In this document: piece by piece, positions 19,306-29,706 of the stretch
How the letters are laid out: each line of letters begins with the position of its first letter
Numbering within the stretch: the stretch's first letter is position 1
Virus record (IMG/VR): IMGVR_UViG_3300014167_000003
Coordinates: 1 to 64,000 of that record
Reading direction: 5' to 3' (one strand)
Length of the DNA: 64,000 nucleotides
Source: a virus
Lineage: Duplodnaviria; Caudoviricetes
The notes under the pieces: generated by a model
Told to the model about the DNA's origin: nothing
Database searches by the model: none
Seen by the model: the letters and a program-made list of their open reading frames with translations, nothing else
Program-made: the position numbers and the translations under genes

Positions 19306-21078
19306 AGCGCTGCCCTGATCTCATCCGTGGTCGGCACCAGGATCTGCTTCACCTTCACCCACTGCTCGCGCACCGTGATGTCTTCCCACAGGCGTGGGCC
19401 AACGCGCTTGGGCAACTCGCCCTGAATGAACACGAACAGGTGGCCGTCCGCCGTCTTGCGAAAATGGGCAATGCGCAGCCCGGCCCATTCGGCGTCCTCG
19501 GCCGGCGAATAGATCCACCAGATCTCATGAAAGTCTTCTGGCTCTTCGGTCACTGCAGAACCTCGTGGCCGAGGATGTTGCGGAACGGTCCCATCATGAT
19601 CATTCCGCCGGGCTCGGTCATCTCCTCGAACTCGCCTACGCTCGGCTTGTTGTCCTTGTCGCGCGAGATCTTGAAGAAGCCACCGAAGGCGGTGCCCTTC
19701 TCCTCGGCGACCACCCACACCGCTTCATACCGATCCGCCCGCTGCGACGGTGGCGTCTCCTTGGATGCGTCGAACACAGCACCTTCTGGCGCCGGGACCT
19801 TGGCCATCCAGGCCTCGCACACGAATGCGTAGTATTGCGCGCCGCCGGTCATCTTGATCACGCGCTTCAATGCCTCGATCATCATGCGCTTCTCGCCGTG
19901 GTCCCGCCACGGGCACGGCACAATGGCCATCGGGCCGTCTTGATGCTGGACAAAGAACATCGGCACCAGCTCGCCGCGCTCGACGAAAATGAGCGCGGCA
20001 TGGTCCTTCACGAAATTGAAAAAACTCCGAAGCTCCTCGCTCACAGCCACACCTCCAAGATCACCGGATCATCCTCCTCCATGCGCGGAAACATGGTCAG
20101 CCCGGGCGGCAGGAGATCGCGGATCTCGTTGAGCGTATCGGCCACGAACATCTCGCCGGTCGGCAAGACCGCGTGCGTGGTCGCGATCCAGCGGCGTGCC
20201 ACGAACCCGTCCGGGTAGTCGCTCGGGTGGTCGTACACGGTCCAGCCAGCCACGGGCACCTTGTACCTCATTGCAGCGTCGGCGGCCTCGGCGGCCAGTC
20301 GTTGGGCACGAGGCTCACGTTAAATTCGTGCATCGCTTGCATCGTCTTGACCATGTCCTCGATCATCTCCTGCTGCTCCACAAGGATCTTGTCGCGCTGC
20401 CTGCGGCGTCTCCTGGCCCATTCCCAATAGCCGGCGAAGAACAGCATGGCGCCGTTGGCGCCGATCATCATCATGTTGAGCAATTGCCCGAAGCTGCCCG
20501 GCGGCGATCTGTAGACCACGATGCCGCACATGATCATGCAGAAGCCCTGCGCCGCGATCACGTACGGCATCGAGTTCTCTTTCCAGGTCGGCAGGCGCGG
20601 GATCTTCATTTGTCCACTCCGGCGCAGTTGTCGCCTTGCGCACCGATCTCGCCATTCGCGGCTTTTTGATCGAGGAAGCCGCGCAGATCGGTAAGCTTGC
20701 CGCACCTCCAGCCTGTACCGCCGAGCATCAAATAGCGGCAAGTCAATGCGCCTTGGCCCGTCTTGCAAACCGCTTGCGCATAGGCGTCATCGAGCATCGG
20801 CGGCACCTTCATGTGCTGCCCTTCATCTCGGGCTGGCCCTCGAACCGGCGCGTGATCTCCTTGAGCATGGTCACCACATCCTTGCGGGTACCATTGGAGA
20901 TGTAATTGACCCGGTCCTCGCCGCCGACATCCGCAAATGGCGTCGTGAGCAATACGAAGCAGACAGTGCGATCCGTGCCCTTGAGCTTGCCATTGAACAG
21001 CTCATCGAGTCCGTGCGCGACTTCGTTCATCAGTTCACGGAACTCGGCAACGATCTTGTCGTCCGGTGTCTCGCTCAT
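19302..21078 (-). CDS. Run of small hypothetical genes (19302-19553, 19550-20050, 20041-20271, 20268-20609, 20606-20812, 20809-21078)
   Basis: Chain of 4-nt overlaps; 20268-20609 has two TM-like segments. Confidence 0.62.
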
Positions 21079-21839
21079 GCTGCGTGCCTGTTTGCAATGC
21101 GGAGGAAGTCGTCCTCGGCGAGTTCGAGCGTGATCTTCTGTGCCAGCAATTGATCGCCCATCGGCACCCGGCCGGTGGGCACATGAGCGCAGAGCCGGTG
21201 TCTTACCTTCTCGCCGTGCATGACGTCGACATTGCCAGTGAGCGTGCCGCCGCGCACACGGTACCGCGTCCCGGTCTTCCCGCCCACAACAACGAACCAG
21301 CCACGACTCGTGAACGTCTCGCGCTGCTCCGGCGTGAGATGTTCGAGGAGGAGCCCATTGGCGCGCTCCGTGGCGGCCTGGCGCCGCTCGTGCTCCTCAC
21401 GGTGCCGCTGCTCCAGCTGCTCGCGTGCGGCCCACCTCGATGAGAGCCTGCGCAGCATCTCCTGCTCATTATGCTCGGCGACCGCGCGCCGGTAGGCCTC
21501 CTGCTCGCGCCGTCCCTCCTCCTCCCGCGTGATGATCGCGGGCGCCGATGGCGCCCAGAGAACGCGGCCATCGTCGGTGTCGTGGAATGGGTACCATTTG
21601 ATCGAGGTGATGCCGGGTGCCGATGGCATGAACCAGTTGCTCGTCGCCTGCTGGGCGAACGCCGCCATCTGGATCTGGCGATAGTGATCGGAAACAAGCG
21701 TGCCGGTGCCGGTCGGCTCCTGATACTGCCACACCGAGCCGGTCTGCGCCGTCTGGTAGATGTTGAATATCGGCGACGGCGATGACGTCGTCGTCGCCGT
21801 GTTCGTGACCGTAGGCGAGCCGCCGAGCCAGCGCCACAT
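21075..21839 (-). CDS. Conserved phage protein with coiled coil and C-terminal CAH...GDQLLAQK domain
   Basis: ORF track; Arg/Glu-rich helix followed by a compact conserved-looking domain. Confidence 0.65.
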   Translation of the reverse strand: MWRWLGGSPTVTNTATTTSSPSPIFNIYQTAQTGSVWQYQEPTGTGTLVSDHYRQIQMAAFAQQATSNWFMPSAPGITSIKWYPFHDTDDGRVLWAPSAPAIITREEEGRREQEAYRRAVAEHNEQEMLRRLSSRWAAREQLEQRHREEHERRQAATERANGLLLEHLTPEQRETFTSRGWFVVVGGKTGTRYRVRGGTLTGNVDVMHGEKVRHRLCAHVPTGRVPMGDQLLAQKITLELAEDDFLRIANRHAA

Positions 21840-21840
21840 G

Positions 21841-22077
21841 TCAGCCTCCGACGAGCTGTGGCCTCATCAGGATCTTGCCGGCCTTCGGGTTGAACTCGGT
21901 GATCCGCTTGCCGCTCTCGCCGTCCTCCCTGATCTCGAACGCGCTATATCCTTCCGCGATCAGGGTCTCGAACGTTGCCTTGGCCGCGCGCACCTCGACC
22001 GGCTTTGCCGGGTCCCAGGTCACTTCGCTGTGGCCGGTGCGGTCCATGATGTTCATTTTGCCGAAGCTGCCGTGCAT
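21841..22077 (-). CDS. 78-aa protein ending in -LVGG
   Basis: MHGSFGKMNIMDRTGHSEVTWDP...PQLVGG; SD AGGAGG. Confidence 0.72.
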   Translation of the reverse strand: MHGSFGKMNIMDRTGHSEVTWDPAKPVEVRAAKATFETLIAEGYSAFEIREDGESGKRITEFNPKAGKILMRPQLVGG

Positions 22078-22566
22078 GTCTTCCTCCTGTTTTTGTTTGT
22101 CGTCGCTTCCAGGCGATGAACCGCATCGCCTCCTTCCTAAAACGGTCTCCTGCCATGTTCCGCCTCGATGTGCATGCGGGCCTCCTCCTCGGTCGCCCAT
22201 TGGTGCGGGCTATCCGCCTTAAGACCGACGTTTGCAATGCAGATCCGACAGGCGAAGGTCATTTTATCGGGATAGGTGGCCGGCAGCGGCTCCCACCAGT
22301 CAACACCAGGGAAGGCAAACCACAGGCCGGCGGCGGTCATGGTCATCGTGGTGTCGCCCACTCCCAGGCACCGTCGCGAAAGACCATGCCGTACTCTTCG
22401 TGGCAGTATTTGCAGGTGAGCTTGTCGCCCTCCTCGGGCGGCTTCTCGGCGGCCACCATCGCCTCATCGAGCGTCGCGATACAACAGCGCATCAGGCCGC
22501 CATGGCGCACAAGGTACTTTTCATTCACGGCTCGATCTCCAGGCGCCGGCCTTCCATGTCACGGCG

Positions 22567-22974
22567 TCACGCCTTCTTCTTGACGGGCCGTTTCTCCGCG
22601 CGCTCGCGGCGCTTGGCCAGGAGCGCCATGTATTCCTTCTTCTCCTGCTTCGCCTTGGCGATCTCGGTGTCGTAGTTGGGCTTCTCGTCGCGCACGAGGT
22701 CGTATTTGTAGCCCATGGCGCCGGCCATCTTGGCGAAGGTCGCGTGCTGCGGGCGCCGCGTCTGACCACCGAACATGTTGTGAATGGTGCTCGGCGAGAG
22801 GCCCGCAAGGTCCGCCAGGTCGATCTCCTTGATGCGCTCCTTCTGCCAAAGCGTCCTGAACTTGTCGATCTCAGGGTCCTTGTCGATGAAGTTGTAGCTG
22901 CGCGTTAACCAGAGAGAGCCACTATTGCTCCCTTTCATGGTGGTGAGTATCGACCTCGGCGTACGCTTAAGCAT
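22567..22974 (-). CDS. XRE-type HTH protein
   Basis: IKEIDLADLAGLSPSTIHNMFGGQTRRP. Confidence 0.75.
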   Translation of the reverse strand: MLKRTPRSILTTMKGSNSGSLWLTRSYNFIDKDPEIDKFRTLWQKERIKEIDLADLAGLSPSTIHNMFGGQTRRPQHATFAKMAGAMGYKYDLVRDEKPNYDTEIAKAKQEKKEYMALLAKRRERAEKRPVKKKA

Positions 22975-23725
22975 TGGCTACTTCCTCCTGATGTTCAACA
23001 ACCGCCTTTGCCTTCGGCGCGGGCGGTACCAATTTGACCTTCTTGACCTTGGCGATCTCCTCGCCGACCGTCTTGAGTTTGCCGATAATTTTGTACTTAC
23101 CCTCCTCGACCCGCGCGATGACCTTGTCGTCGAGGAGCTTCTTGATCTGTGGCGACACCGACTTCGGCGAGCGCCCGGCCGCCTCGAACAGGCGCTCCAG
23201 CTCCGCATTGGTGAACGTGCCAGCCCGGTGCTTCATCTTCTTCCAGATCAATTCGGCGCCAGACATCCCGAACGCAGCAAGCCCCCGTGGCTTGCGCGGG
23301 GGCTTGTCTTGCTTGGGCTTAACAGTTTTCGGCTTGGCGCTGGGCTTTGGGTGATGCTCGATCAGCTTGATCGTATCCTGGCGCCGGTAGCGTCCCGGGG
23401 CGATGCGGGCGAGCGTCTTGCCGGCCTGCAATTCGGAGAGGTAGCCGTAGATCGCCTGGTAGGTGATGCCCTCTTTCTCCAATACGGCAAGCACCTCTCT
23501 CACCGTGAACTCCTCGTGCGCCGCAATGTACTCGTCGATCATCTTCCGGGGCGGCTTCGCAAATTGCTTCTTTTGCCGGAACGTCGCGATGTCGGTGATC
23601 ATCTCGTACCCGACATTGGTGATGCCCAGGGATAGGAAGGTGGTCAGCACGGCTTCGAGGTTACCCTGTTCGATCTCGGCGCTCACGCGCCACCGCACCT
23701 GCATCTCGATCTGTTTCTTTGCCAA
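22967..23725 (-). CDS. Basic protein with two winged-helix-like segments
   Basis: EFTVREVL..IYGYLSEL..GRYR and TFTNAEL..SVSPQIKKL..GKYK. Confidence 0.6.
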   Translation of the reverse strand: MAKKQIEMQVRWRVSAEIEQGNLEAVLTTFLSLGITNVGYEMITDIATFRQKKQFAKPPRKMIDEYIAAHEEFTVREVLAVLEKEGITYQAIYGYLSELQAGKTLARIAPGRYRRQDTIKLIEHHPKPSAKPKTVKPKQDKPPRKPRGLAAFGMSGAELIWKKMKHRAGTFTNAELERLFEAAGRSPKSVSPQIKKLLDDKVIARVEEGKYKIIGKLKTVGEEIAKVKKVKLVPPAPKAKAVVEHQEEVANA

Positions 23726-23913
23726 CGGTCGTCTCCTGTTGCCTTTGTGAAAACTTACTAACGACTCGCCGACAATGTGTTAACAGCAGGCGAGTTAACT
23801 CTGGCAGAAATTTGGTGTCCGTCAAACGCGTCGTGTTGCCGGCGGAACATCTCCCTCAAAAAAAATATCAACAAGTGTTCCCGTGGGAACACTCTTCAAG
23901 CGACGGGTGGACT

Positions 23914-24558
23914 ATGCCCAAGGCCGTTGAGACCTTCTTGTCCAAGCTCAAGGACCCGAGGATCGTCACTCACAAGTACGATGTCGGCGAGGCCATCTAC
24001 CGAACCGGCGATGCGGCCAAGTCGATCTTCTGGCTCCGCATTGGTCGGCTCAAGACCACGGTGCCAGCCGAGATCCCGGGCCACACCGACCCGGTGGTGG
24101 CGATCACCGAGGCGGGAGAGTTCTTCGGCGAGGCGGCGCTGCTCCACCCGCCCAGGCGCGTCGCCACCGTCACTGCCATGATCCCCTGCGAGATCGTCGA
24201 ATTGCCAAATGAGGCGGCCCTCGAAGCCATGGGCCAGCAGCCCGGCCTCGCCATCTACATCATCCGCCACCTCCTCCACGACCGGCGCCAGCGCGGCGCC
24301 ATGGCCATGGTGCGGCGCGTCGGCACCCTGGAGCAACGGGTGGCGTTCGTGCTCCTCTCCCTGGAGAAGTTCGGCGCGGTGCCGACCGGCGTGACGCAGC
24401 AGATGATCGGCGAGCTGTGCGACATCTCCCGCGCCAGGACGTCGACCATTTTGAATGCGATGAAGGCGAAGGGGATGATCCACTACAACGCCACCATAGA
24501 CCTGGACATGCCGAAGCTGATCGACATGCTCCCGGCGTCGGTGCGGGACTTCGTGTGA
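23914..24558 (+). CDS. CRP/FNR family regulator (cNMP-binding domain plus HTH)
   Basis: GEAIYRTGD, GEFFGEAALL, RVATVTAMIPCEI, LEQRVAFVLL, VTQQMIGELCDISRARTSTILN; start probably ATG 23914. Confidence 0.88.
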   Translation: MPKAVETFLSKLKDPRIVTHKYDVGEAIYRTGDAAKSIFWLRIGRLKTTVPAEIPGHTDPVVAITEAGEFFGEAALLHPPRRVATVTAMIPCEIVELPNEAALEAMGQQPGLAIYIIRHLLHDRRQRGAMAMVRRVGTLEQRVAFVLLSLEKFGAVPTGVTQQMIGELCDISRARTSTILNAMKAKGMIHYNATIDLDMPKLIDMLPASVRDFV

Positions 24559-24559
24559 T

Positions 24560-24934
24560 CTAGTGCCCGACATTGACGAGCGCCTCGGCCATCTCACAGA
24601 GCGCCTTCTGCAGTGACGTCGGGAGAGCCTGGAAGGCCACCACCATGCGGGCGCCCACCCGCGTCGAGGCCATCTGCAGCGTCTGGCTCTCGATCTCGTT
24701 TATGACGAAGCCGTCACCAAGGAAGAAGCTCGGCGCCACGTCGAGCAGGTTGGCCAGCTGCAGCATGCGCGAGCCCGAGATCCGGTTCGTGCCCTTCTCG
24801 TACTTCTGGACCTGCTGGAACGACACGCCGAGATCGTGGGCGATCTTCTCCTGGCTGTAGCCCATCTCCAGCCGGCGGGCGCGCAGCCGCGCGCCGATCT
24901 GCTGGTCCATGACCTTGGTTTCTGCGGTCTGCAT
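24560..24934 (-). CDS. XRE family HTH regulator (candidate repressor)
   Basis: IGARLRARRLEMGYSQEKIAHDLGVSFQQVQKYEKGTNRIS, a typical alphaproteobacterial XRE. Confidence 0.9.
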   Translation of the reverse strand: MQTAETKVMDQQIGARLRARRLEMGYSQEKIAHDLGVSFQQVQKYEKGTNRISGSRMLQLANLLDVAPSFFLGDGFVINEIESQTLQMASTRVGARMVVAFQALPTSLQKALCEMAEALVNVGH

Positions 24935-25016
24935 CCTCGCTCCCCTGTTGGTTGAGCCGGACGATAAGGTTCCGCTATTGGGGTGGTCAAGCCGTCTCAG
25001 GTCGTACCGTGAACAC

Positions 25017-25286
25017 TTTAGACCCCGGCTAGACCCCGGTGGCGTTTAGACCCCGGGTCTGATCCTTTTGTTCTGAGCTAAGTGCTTGGTTTTGTTGGTC
25101 GGAGCGAAGGGATTTGAACCCTTGACCCCTAGTCCCCCAGAGATTATTATGACCTTATTCGGGACGAAGCGGGCTAGTGGCGTATTGCAGTAAACACCTT
25201 AAAATAAGCCACTTACCGTTCCGTGTCGTTCATTACGTGCCCACCTCGTTTACTAGACCCGGGCCGGTTTTTAGACCCGGGGTCTA
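25017..25286. repeat. Integrase arm-type sites flanking the att core
   Basis: TAGACCCCGG at 25019, 25030 and 25047; TAGACCCGGG at 25254 and 25272, the last as the quasi-palindrome TAGACCCGGGGTCTA. Confidence 0.8.
25096..25141 (-). mobile_element. attP core: 3' half of tRNA-Pro(GGG)
   Basis: Minus strand TCTGGGGGACTAGGGGTCAAGGGTTCAAATCCCTTCGCTCCGACCA: anticodon loop, T-arm, acceptor strand and CCA; 5' half absent. Confidence 0.9.
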
Positions 25287-25304
25287 CTCGAAAGGTTCAA
25301 GCCC

Positions 25305-26603
25305 ATGCCGAGCATCACCACCGAGATCTGCAAGCGCAAGGTCACCCAGCGCACCGACATCTACGACAACAAGTGCCGAGGCTTCAGCGTCCGCCTGTCG
25401 CCCACGGCGCCGGCCATGTTCGCCTTCAAGTACTACGACAAGGCGCTCGGCAAGCAGGTCAAGCTGACCCTGCAGCACTTCGACCCGATCAACTACACCG
25501 TCGATAAGGCGCGCGCCGAGGCCTACCAGCTCAAGGCGAAGGCCGAGGCCGGCGTCGATCTCGCGCAGCAGAAGCGCGTCGCCACCACACAGCGCGCCAA
25601 GATCAGCGGCGTGACGTTCGAACAGATCGCCAAGGAGTACATCGACGCGATCAGCACCTTGGAAAAGAAGGCCGATGGCGAGCTGCGGCCGGTCAAGGAG
25701 AGCTGGAAGAACGACGAGGGTTACCTGAAGCGTCCACGCGCGGCGTGGGGCGCATGGGTCGCCTCCGAGGTCACCGACGATGATGTGATGGCTCTCCTGT
25801 TCTCCATCGACTCCGTGTCCAGCCGCAACCGGACCCGCTCCGTGCTCCACACGATGTTCAAGTGGGCGAAGCAGCCGCCGCGCAAGTACGTCACCAGCAA
25901 CCCGTGCAGCGACCTGCCGAAGCGTGACAAGGAGTACAGCAAGGACCGCGCGCTCGACCGCGACGAGATCAAGAAGCTCTGGATCGGTCTCGACCATCCC
26001 GACCTTCCGGCATCGCGGCCGGTGGCGCTGGCTCTCAAGCTGATCCTGTGCACGATGCTGCGCCCCGGCGAGGTGATCGTTGCCGAGCGGTCGTTCCTGA
26101 AGACGGTCGCCAAGGTGCAGGTCATCCAGTTGCCGCTGAAGGCCGTGAAGAAGCGCCGGGCGATCACCCAGCCGTTGACCGGCCTCGCACTGGCGCTGAT
26201 CGCCGAGGCCAAGTCGAAGCACAACCACGACCTCCTGTTCATCGGCCGTAGCCACAAGACCGGTGACGCCGTGCCGATGAAGCGCAACACGCTGTCGCAG
26301 GCACTCGTTGGCAAGAAGGACAAGAAGGGCAAGGTGCTGCGTCAGGGCATCCTCGACTTCCTCAGGATGAAGAAGTTCACGCCGCACGATCTGCGGCGCA
26401 CGGCGGCGACGTTGGCGGGTGACGCCGGCTTCGACGACAAGACCATCGGCCGTTGCCTCGACCACGCCGAGGAAGGCGCCGCCGATGTGACCGGCGTCTA
26501 TAACCGCTCTGCCTACATTGAACCGCGTCGGCAGGTGCTCGCTGCGGTCGAGAGCCAGCTCTTGGAGATCCTCGGCGACAAGGCGCTGCCTCTCGCGGCC
26601 TGA
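25305..26603 (+). CDS. int: Tyrosine integrase with N-terminal arm-binding domain
   Basis: CTMLRPGEV (R), FTPHDLRRT (HxxR), LDH, TGVY; adjacent attP. Confidence 0.93.
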   Translation: MPSITTEICKRKVTQRTDIYDNKCRGFSVRLSPTAPAMFAFKYYDKALGKQVKLTLQHFDPINYTVDKARAEAYQLKAKAEAGVDLAQQKRVATTQRAKISGVTFEQIAKEYIDAISTLEKKADGELRPVKESWKNDEGYLKRPRAAWGAWVASEVTDDDVMALLFSIDSVSSRNRTRSVLHTMFKWAKQPPRKYVTSNPCSDLPKRDKEYSKDRALDRDEIKKLWIGLDHPDLPASRPVALALKLILCTMLRPGEVIVAERSFLKTVAKVQVIQLPLKAVKKRRAITQPLTGLALALIAEAKSKHNHDLLFIGRSHKTGDAVPMKRNTLSQALVGKKDKKGKVLRQGILDFLRMKKFTPHDLRRTAATLAGDAGFDDKTIGRCLDHAEEGAADVTGVYNRSAYIEPRRQVLAAVESQLLEILGDKALPLAA

Positions 26604-26615
26604 TCGAAGACAACG

Positions 26616-26650
26616 CAACGCCCGCGAAGCGGAAGGCTTCGCGGGCGTTG
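26616..26650. terminator. 15-bp perfect hairpin between convergent int and AlpA genes
   Basis: CAACGCCCGCGAAGC-GGAAG-GCTTCGCGGGCGTTG. Confidence 0.75.
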
Positions 26651-26656
26651 TCGTGT

Positions 26657-26866
26657 TCAGACGGCGCGTTCGCGCGGCAACGCTTCCTGCCACGCGACAA
26701 CCTCGTCCTCGTACCAGTACTTGTGCTGGCGCCCGATGTAGACACCCCGAGGGAAACGGCCTTCCTTCTCCATGCGGATCATGGTCGACCTTCCCAACGG
26801 CACCAGCTTCAACACCTGGCGACGGTCCAGCATCTTCCTCACTTCATCGACCATGACCGCACCCAT
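26657..26866 (-). CDS. AlpA family excisionase/regulator
   Basis: MLDRRQVLKLVPLGRSTMIRMEKEGRFP. Confidence 0.88.
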   Translation of the reverse strand: MGAVMVDEVRKMLDRRQVLKLVPLGRSTMIRMEKEGRFPRGVYIGRQHKYWYEDEVVAWQEALPRERAV

Positions 26867-26869
26867 CGT

Positions 26870-28431
26870 TTAGCTACGCCGTGCGATGCTGGCGATCCGA
26901 TCCGCCATGTCGCTGTTGCTGATCTCACCGCCGCAGTTGCACGAGAACTCGTGCAGGTCGTCCTGGCTCAGTTCGAAGAACCGCGCCGCCTGCCCGACGC
27001 TCACCATCGGCGCCACATTGAGCGTCGGCACGCCTTCGAGATCCGCCTTGTAGCCGGCCGCGACAAACTCCGGCACCGCGAGCGCCGCCTGGAAGATCGA
27101 CTCCGGGTGCCCAATGAGGAAGAGCTGATCCGGCATGTAGTACTCCAGGCCGTGGAACAGGAAGAACGGCTTCGGCGGGCTCCAGTACATCTCGATGGCG
27201 TCGAGCAGCCCGCCATCCCTGCCGCGCCAGCGCGCGAAGTGCGCGAGCTTGATGAGCTTCTCCTGCTTCGTCATCACCACCGCCTTCGGCGGCGCCGAGG
27301 ACAGCGTTGCGCCGAGCGCTTCCAGTTCGGTCTTCGACAGCTGCGTGTTCATGCCATGCTCCTCTGTTGCCCCCTGCGTTCAACCACCGAGGTGGAGGCG
27401 TGCTCCTCGATGGAAACCTTCTTCCACAGCTCGCGGCGATCCGCCGGCAACCCGATCTTCTTCGCGTGGCGCCGCAGCGTCTGCGTGCTGTGGCCCATGC
27501 GTTCAGCGATCTCGCCGGGCGTCAGGCGGCTGTACCAGAGCTTCGTCAGCAGTTTGCTGTCCACCCGTTTGTGTAACCGGCTCTTCACGGTCGTCTTCCT
27601 TTTCTGCGGCAGGCATGGACAGATCGAAGGCCTCGCGCCTGAACTGCCGAAACGCGGCAAGGAGCGCGCTCCACTTCATCAGTTCACCCGCTCCGGCTTC
27701 TCGTGCATTGCCTCGATGACATTGACGGCGTCCTGCAGCTGCTCGACCAGGTGCGCGACACCGCCGTCGTAGTGGCGCTCCAGGTAGGCGCGGGTGCCCA
27801 TCATGAAGTCCTTGATCTCCTCGACCGAGAACGGGAACTCACCGGTCGGGAGCACGATCAGGATCGCCGGCTCCTCGGCCTTGCCATCGAGGGAGACGAC
27901 GCCATCGATCACGCCCACCGTGTCGCCGTCCTTCAGTTCGCAGTACGCCTTGATGAACTTGTCGGCGCGCGTCGGGTAGTTGTCGCTGGTGTTCATCTCC
28001 CTCGGGTAGTCCATCTGGCTCTCCTACTGAAACGCATTCGTCGGCAGGCGCCGAGGCAGCGACGCGACGATCTCGCGCGCGGCCTGCTGTTCGGGCCCGG
28101 CCTGTTCGAGCTGGTTGTCCGGCACCACGGGCTTGATCGCGAACTTGCGCGCCTCGCTCTTGGCGTTGTTCGCCGTCTCCACCACGACGTCCAGGCGGGT
28201 GGTCAGGTCGATGCTGTACGCCTGGAGCCGGTCACGCTCGGAGCGCAGCTTCGTCACCTCGCTGCGCAGGAAGTCGTTCTCGCGCATCAGGTCGACGTTC
28301 GAGGCGATGATCGCGGTGTTCTGGTCTTTGAGGGCGGCGAGTTCGTCCGCCATGATGTGGTAGTCGTCAAACGCCTTCTGCAGCGGATTGTCCCCGAGCA
28401 GCGGCGGCTTCGTCTTGGCTGTCTGTGACAT
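26870..28431 (-). CDS. Four hypothetical genes (26870-27352, 27349-27660, 27679-28014, 28024-28431)
   Basis: ORF track; 27349-27660 has an HTH-like TPGEIAERMGHS; 28024-28431 is coiled-coil. Confidence 0.62.
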
Positions 28432-28777
28432 ACTTGGTCCTCCGTTCGAGAATGGCGTCCAGTCGTCCCCGGATCGCTGCGATCTCGTTGCGCAGCGTCG
28501 GCTCTTGCTGCAGCCGCTCGTGGATGCGGCGGCAGGCATACATGATCGTGGTGTGGTCCTGGTTGAACTTGCGGCCGATGGCCGGATAAGACGACCGCGT
28601 CAGCTCCTTGCAGAGGTGGACCGCAACGTGGCGGACATTTACGAGGCTGGCGTCACGGTACTTCGCGAGCAACATCTCGCGGTCGATGCCGTAGTAGTCC
28701 GCGACAGCGTCCTGGATGTCGCGCATCTGCAGCGGCCACGTCGCCAGTTCGTGCAGGCTGAACCACGTCTCCTTCAT
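28367..28777 (-). CDS. Stand-alone DnaA C-terminal (domain IV) HTH protein
   Basis: IQDAVADYYGI, RHVAVHLCKELTRSSYPAIGRKFNQDHTTIMYACRRI. Confidence 0.88.
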   Translation of the reverse strand: MKETWFSLHELATWPLQMRDIQDAVADYYGIDREMLLAKYRDASLVNVRHVAVHLCKELTRSSYPAIGRKFNQDHTTIMYACRRIHERLQQEPTLRNEIAAIRGRLDAILERRTKYVTDSQDEAAAARGQSAAEGV

Positions 28778-29706
28778 GTGGCGCCCTCGGCAATGGGTGC
28801 GGCGCCCGCCGCAGTGGGCTGATCAACGGGCGCCGCAGGCTCGGTGGCGGTTCCAACCTCCGAGCCCTCCGGCGACGACACAGCGGGGGCCGATGTCGCC
28901 GGGTTCTTGTTCTTCCGCGTGTCCACCGTCATCGCGGCGGCGATGGACGCATCAATGGCCTGACCGAAGCCCTCACCGCCAGGACCGCGCAGGCGGGCCG
29001 CCAGGCCCGGCGTGGCGCGCGTGTCCGAGACGACCTTCACGTCCTCGGCCTCCGGGAAGTCGTCGCGCGCGTAGATGCCGGCGATGATGTCAGGGCAATA
29101 CACCCGCGCCCAGTCGCGCACCATGGCGTAGAACATCTGCTGGTCCGGCTTCGTGTCCCACAGCGGCGAGCCCTTGCGCTTGCCGTACTCATTGAGCGGC
29201 GGGCGCAGGTTGGCCAGCGTGAACTGCTTGGCGCTGTCCTTCGGCGGCCACTCACGCGGCTCGGTCTCGCCCTTAAACGTCGCGTACACGAAGCAGATCC
29301 GGTCGTCGCCGTCGCCCTCGTACCTGGCCCTGATGCGCTCCTTGATCGGCGCCCGCGCCTCGATGATCGAGTGGTAGAAGTTCGACATGTAGGCGACCTG
29401 TTCGACGCCCTTGTTGACGACCAGGTACGTCTGCGACGCCAGCGTCAGCGGCGAGACGCCCAGCTCGTCCGCCTTGAGGATGATGCCCCAGCAGCCGCCG
29501 ACGTTGCCCTGGAGCCAGGGCGGCAGCAGCGGCCCGGCGGTCGCCATCAGCTTCGCCGCCTCGGCCATCTGCAGCGCGTTGTCGAACCGCAGGCCACCGA
29601 CATGCTCGCCCATGGGGATGAGCGCGGTCTTCTCGGTCATCACGCGCTCGATCTTGCCCTCGGCGAGATCGCGCCTGGTCACCGGGCCATCGTTAACTTC
29701 GGTCAT
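28774..29706 (-). CDS. RecT-like single-strand annealing protein
   Basis: GNVGGCWGIILKADELGVSP, SPLWDTKPDQQMFY..RDWARVYCPDIIAGIY, acidic tail. Confidence 0.7.
   Translation of the reverse strand: MTEVNDGPVTRRDLAEGKIERVMTEKTALIPMGEHVGGLRFDNALQMAEAAKLMATAGPLLPPWLQGNVGGCWGIILKADELGVSPLTLASQTYLVVNKGVEQVAYMSNFYHSIIEARAPIKERIRARYEGDGDDRICFVYATFKGETEPREWPPKDSAKQFTLANLRPPLNEYGKRKGSPLWDTKPDQQMFYAMVRDWARVYCPDIIAGIYARDDFPEAEDVKVVSDTRATPGLAARLRGPGGEGFGQAIDASIAAAMTVDTRKNKNPATSAPAVSSPEGSEVGTATEPAAPVDQPTAAGAAPIAEGAT

Noticed and set aside
25096-25141. Functional tRNA-Pro gene
   Set aside because: The D-arm and 5' acceptor strand are missing; it is an att core
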